A stretch of 64,000 bases of DNA from Octopus bimaculoides (taxonomy: Eukaryota). The DNA is taken from the NCBI RefSeq assembly GCF_001194135.2, contig NC_069006.1, positions 4,272,141-4,336,140 on the forward strand. The letters are read 5' to 3'. The notes beneath the pieces were generated by a model, which had not been told where the DNA came from, searched no databases, and saw only the letters and a program-made list of their open reading frames with translations. The position numbers and the translations under genes were made by a program. This document shows, piece by piece, positions 63,020 to 64,000 of this stretch (its first letter is position 1; every line of letters starts with the position of its first letter).

Positions 63020-63566
63020 AAATGCAAGTAATTAGAAAATGGAGAAAACCACAGATTAACAAACACATCGATTGGGCCACATTTATAGCTTATTTTTTAA
63101 TACAAAGCATCACATAACAAAATAGGTGACGTAACATATCTTACAGCCATTACTGATCGGTTGCCAAAAGTCTATAAATAAATGCAAGAATAAAGTTCTT
63201 TTGCCTACAGGCCCTGTAACCCCTGATGGTAAATTATTTGCTCTTAACATATTGGACATCCAGACTATTTGTCTATGCCACGTTTTCTTTCCTTTTCCTT
63301 CTGCCCTTTGTTTATATTCTATGCTCTTGTTTTCGCTCTGATGAAGACCCTTTGCCTTAATTCAAATGCCCCATGAAGATGAAGATCTTTATTCTCGCAT
63401 TTATTTATAGACTGCATTTTGGCAACCGATCAGTAATGGCCGTGAGATATGTTACGTCACCTATTTTGTTATGTGATGCTTTGTATTAAAAAATAAGCTA
63501 TAAATGTGGTCCAATCAATGTGTTTGTTAATCTGTGGTTTTCTCCATTTTCTAATTATTTGCATTT
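63020..63566. repeat. Foldback inverted repeat: ~180-bp arms with a ~180-nt spacer
   Basis: 63020-63200 versus the reverse complement of 63382-63566 differ by a few substitutions and one 4-nt indel. Confidence 0.9.
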
Positions 63567-63590
63567 ATATATATGCATATATATAAATAT

Positions 63591-63753
63591 GGCGCAGGTG
63601 TGGCTGTGTGGTAAGTAGCTTGCTTACCAACCACATGGTTCCGGGTTCATTCCCACTGCGTGGCACTTTGGGCAAGTGTCTTCTGTTATAGCCTCGGGCC
63701 GACCAAAGCCTTGTGAGTGGATTTGGTAGACGGAAACTGAAAGAAGCCTGTCG

Positions 63754-63798
<45 letters not shown>

Positions 63799-64000
63799 AT
63801 GCTTGTGTGTCTGTGTTTGTCCCCCCCAACATCGCTTGACAACCGATGCTGGTGTGTTTACGTCCCCCGTAACTTAGCGGTTCGGCAAAAGAGACCGATG
63901 GAATAAGTACTAGGCTTACAAAGAATAAGTCCTGGGGTCGATTTTCTCGACTAAAGGCGGTGCTCCAGCATGGCCGCAGTCAAATGACTGAAACAATTAA
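63591..64000 (+). mobile_element. Young tRNA-derived SINE, family A (head GGCGCAGGxGTGGCTGTGTGGTAAG, central (TA)/(TG) microsatellite, tail TGACTGAAACAAGTAAAAGAG)
   Basis: B-box-like GGTTCAxTCCC; many related copies (e.g. 25291-25688 +, 60259-60672 -, 10251-10644 -, ~19540-19900 +). Confidence 0.88.

Noticed and set aside
63325-63381. Active hammerhead ribozyme at CTGATGAAGACCC
   Set aside because: There is no closing stem II or GAAA core downstream; at best it is a truncated relic.

Overview
Repeat-rich animal genomic DNA with eight N gaps. It is most likely a coleoid cephalopod (Octopus-like), inferred from the SINE/RTE repeat families and microsatellite density. Two intron-rich genes lie in tandem on the minus strand. 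(1) APPBP2 (amyloid protein-binding protein 2/PAT1, TPR-repeat CRL2 substrate receptor): CDS from 47034 to 12261, with 12 exons traced by hand through GT-AG boundaries and consistent phases. Two further exons are required to keep the frame but are absent from the readable sequence and probably lie in N gaps. (2) The 3' part of SF3B4 (SAP49): five exons encoding the proline-rich tail from 62561 to 53394; the RRM exons lie beyond the right edge of the window. Everything else is transposon-derived or simple sequence: RTE-type LINE fragments and their dispersed 3' tails, at least four tRNA-derived SINE families, three mariner fossils, and hAT-, piggyBac- and Tc1/mariner-type MITEs. I found no convincing new protein-coding system. 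The most unusual signals are RNA-structure-level: several near-perfect hairpins and foldbacks in or near the two transcripts, including a 74-bp palindrome with an 8-bp target-site duplication, a 42-bp stem just upstream of an SF3B4 acceptor, and 118-bp and ~180-bp foldbacks. There is also a copy-number-variable structured ~65-nt repeat in the RTE 3' tail. Comparisons to human proteins and exon sizes are from memory, and repeat boundaries are approximate.
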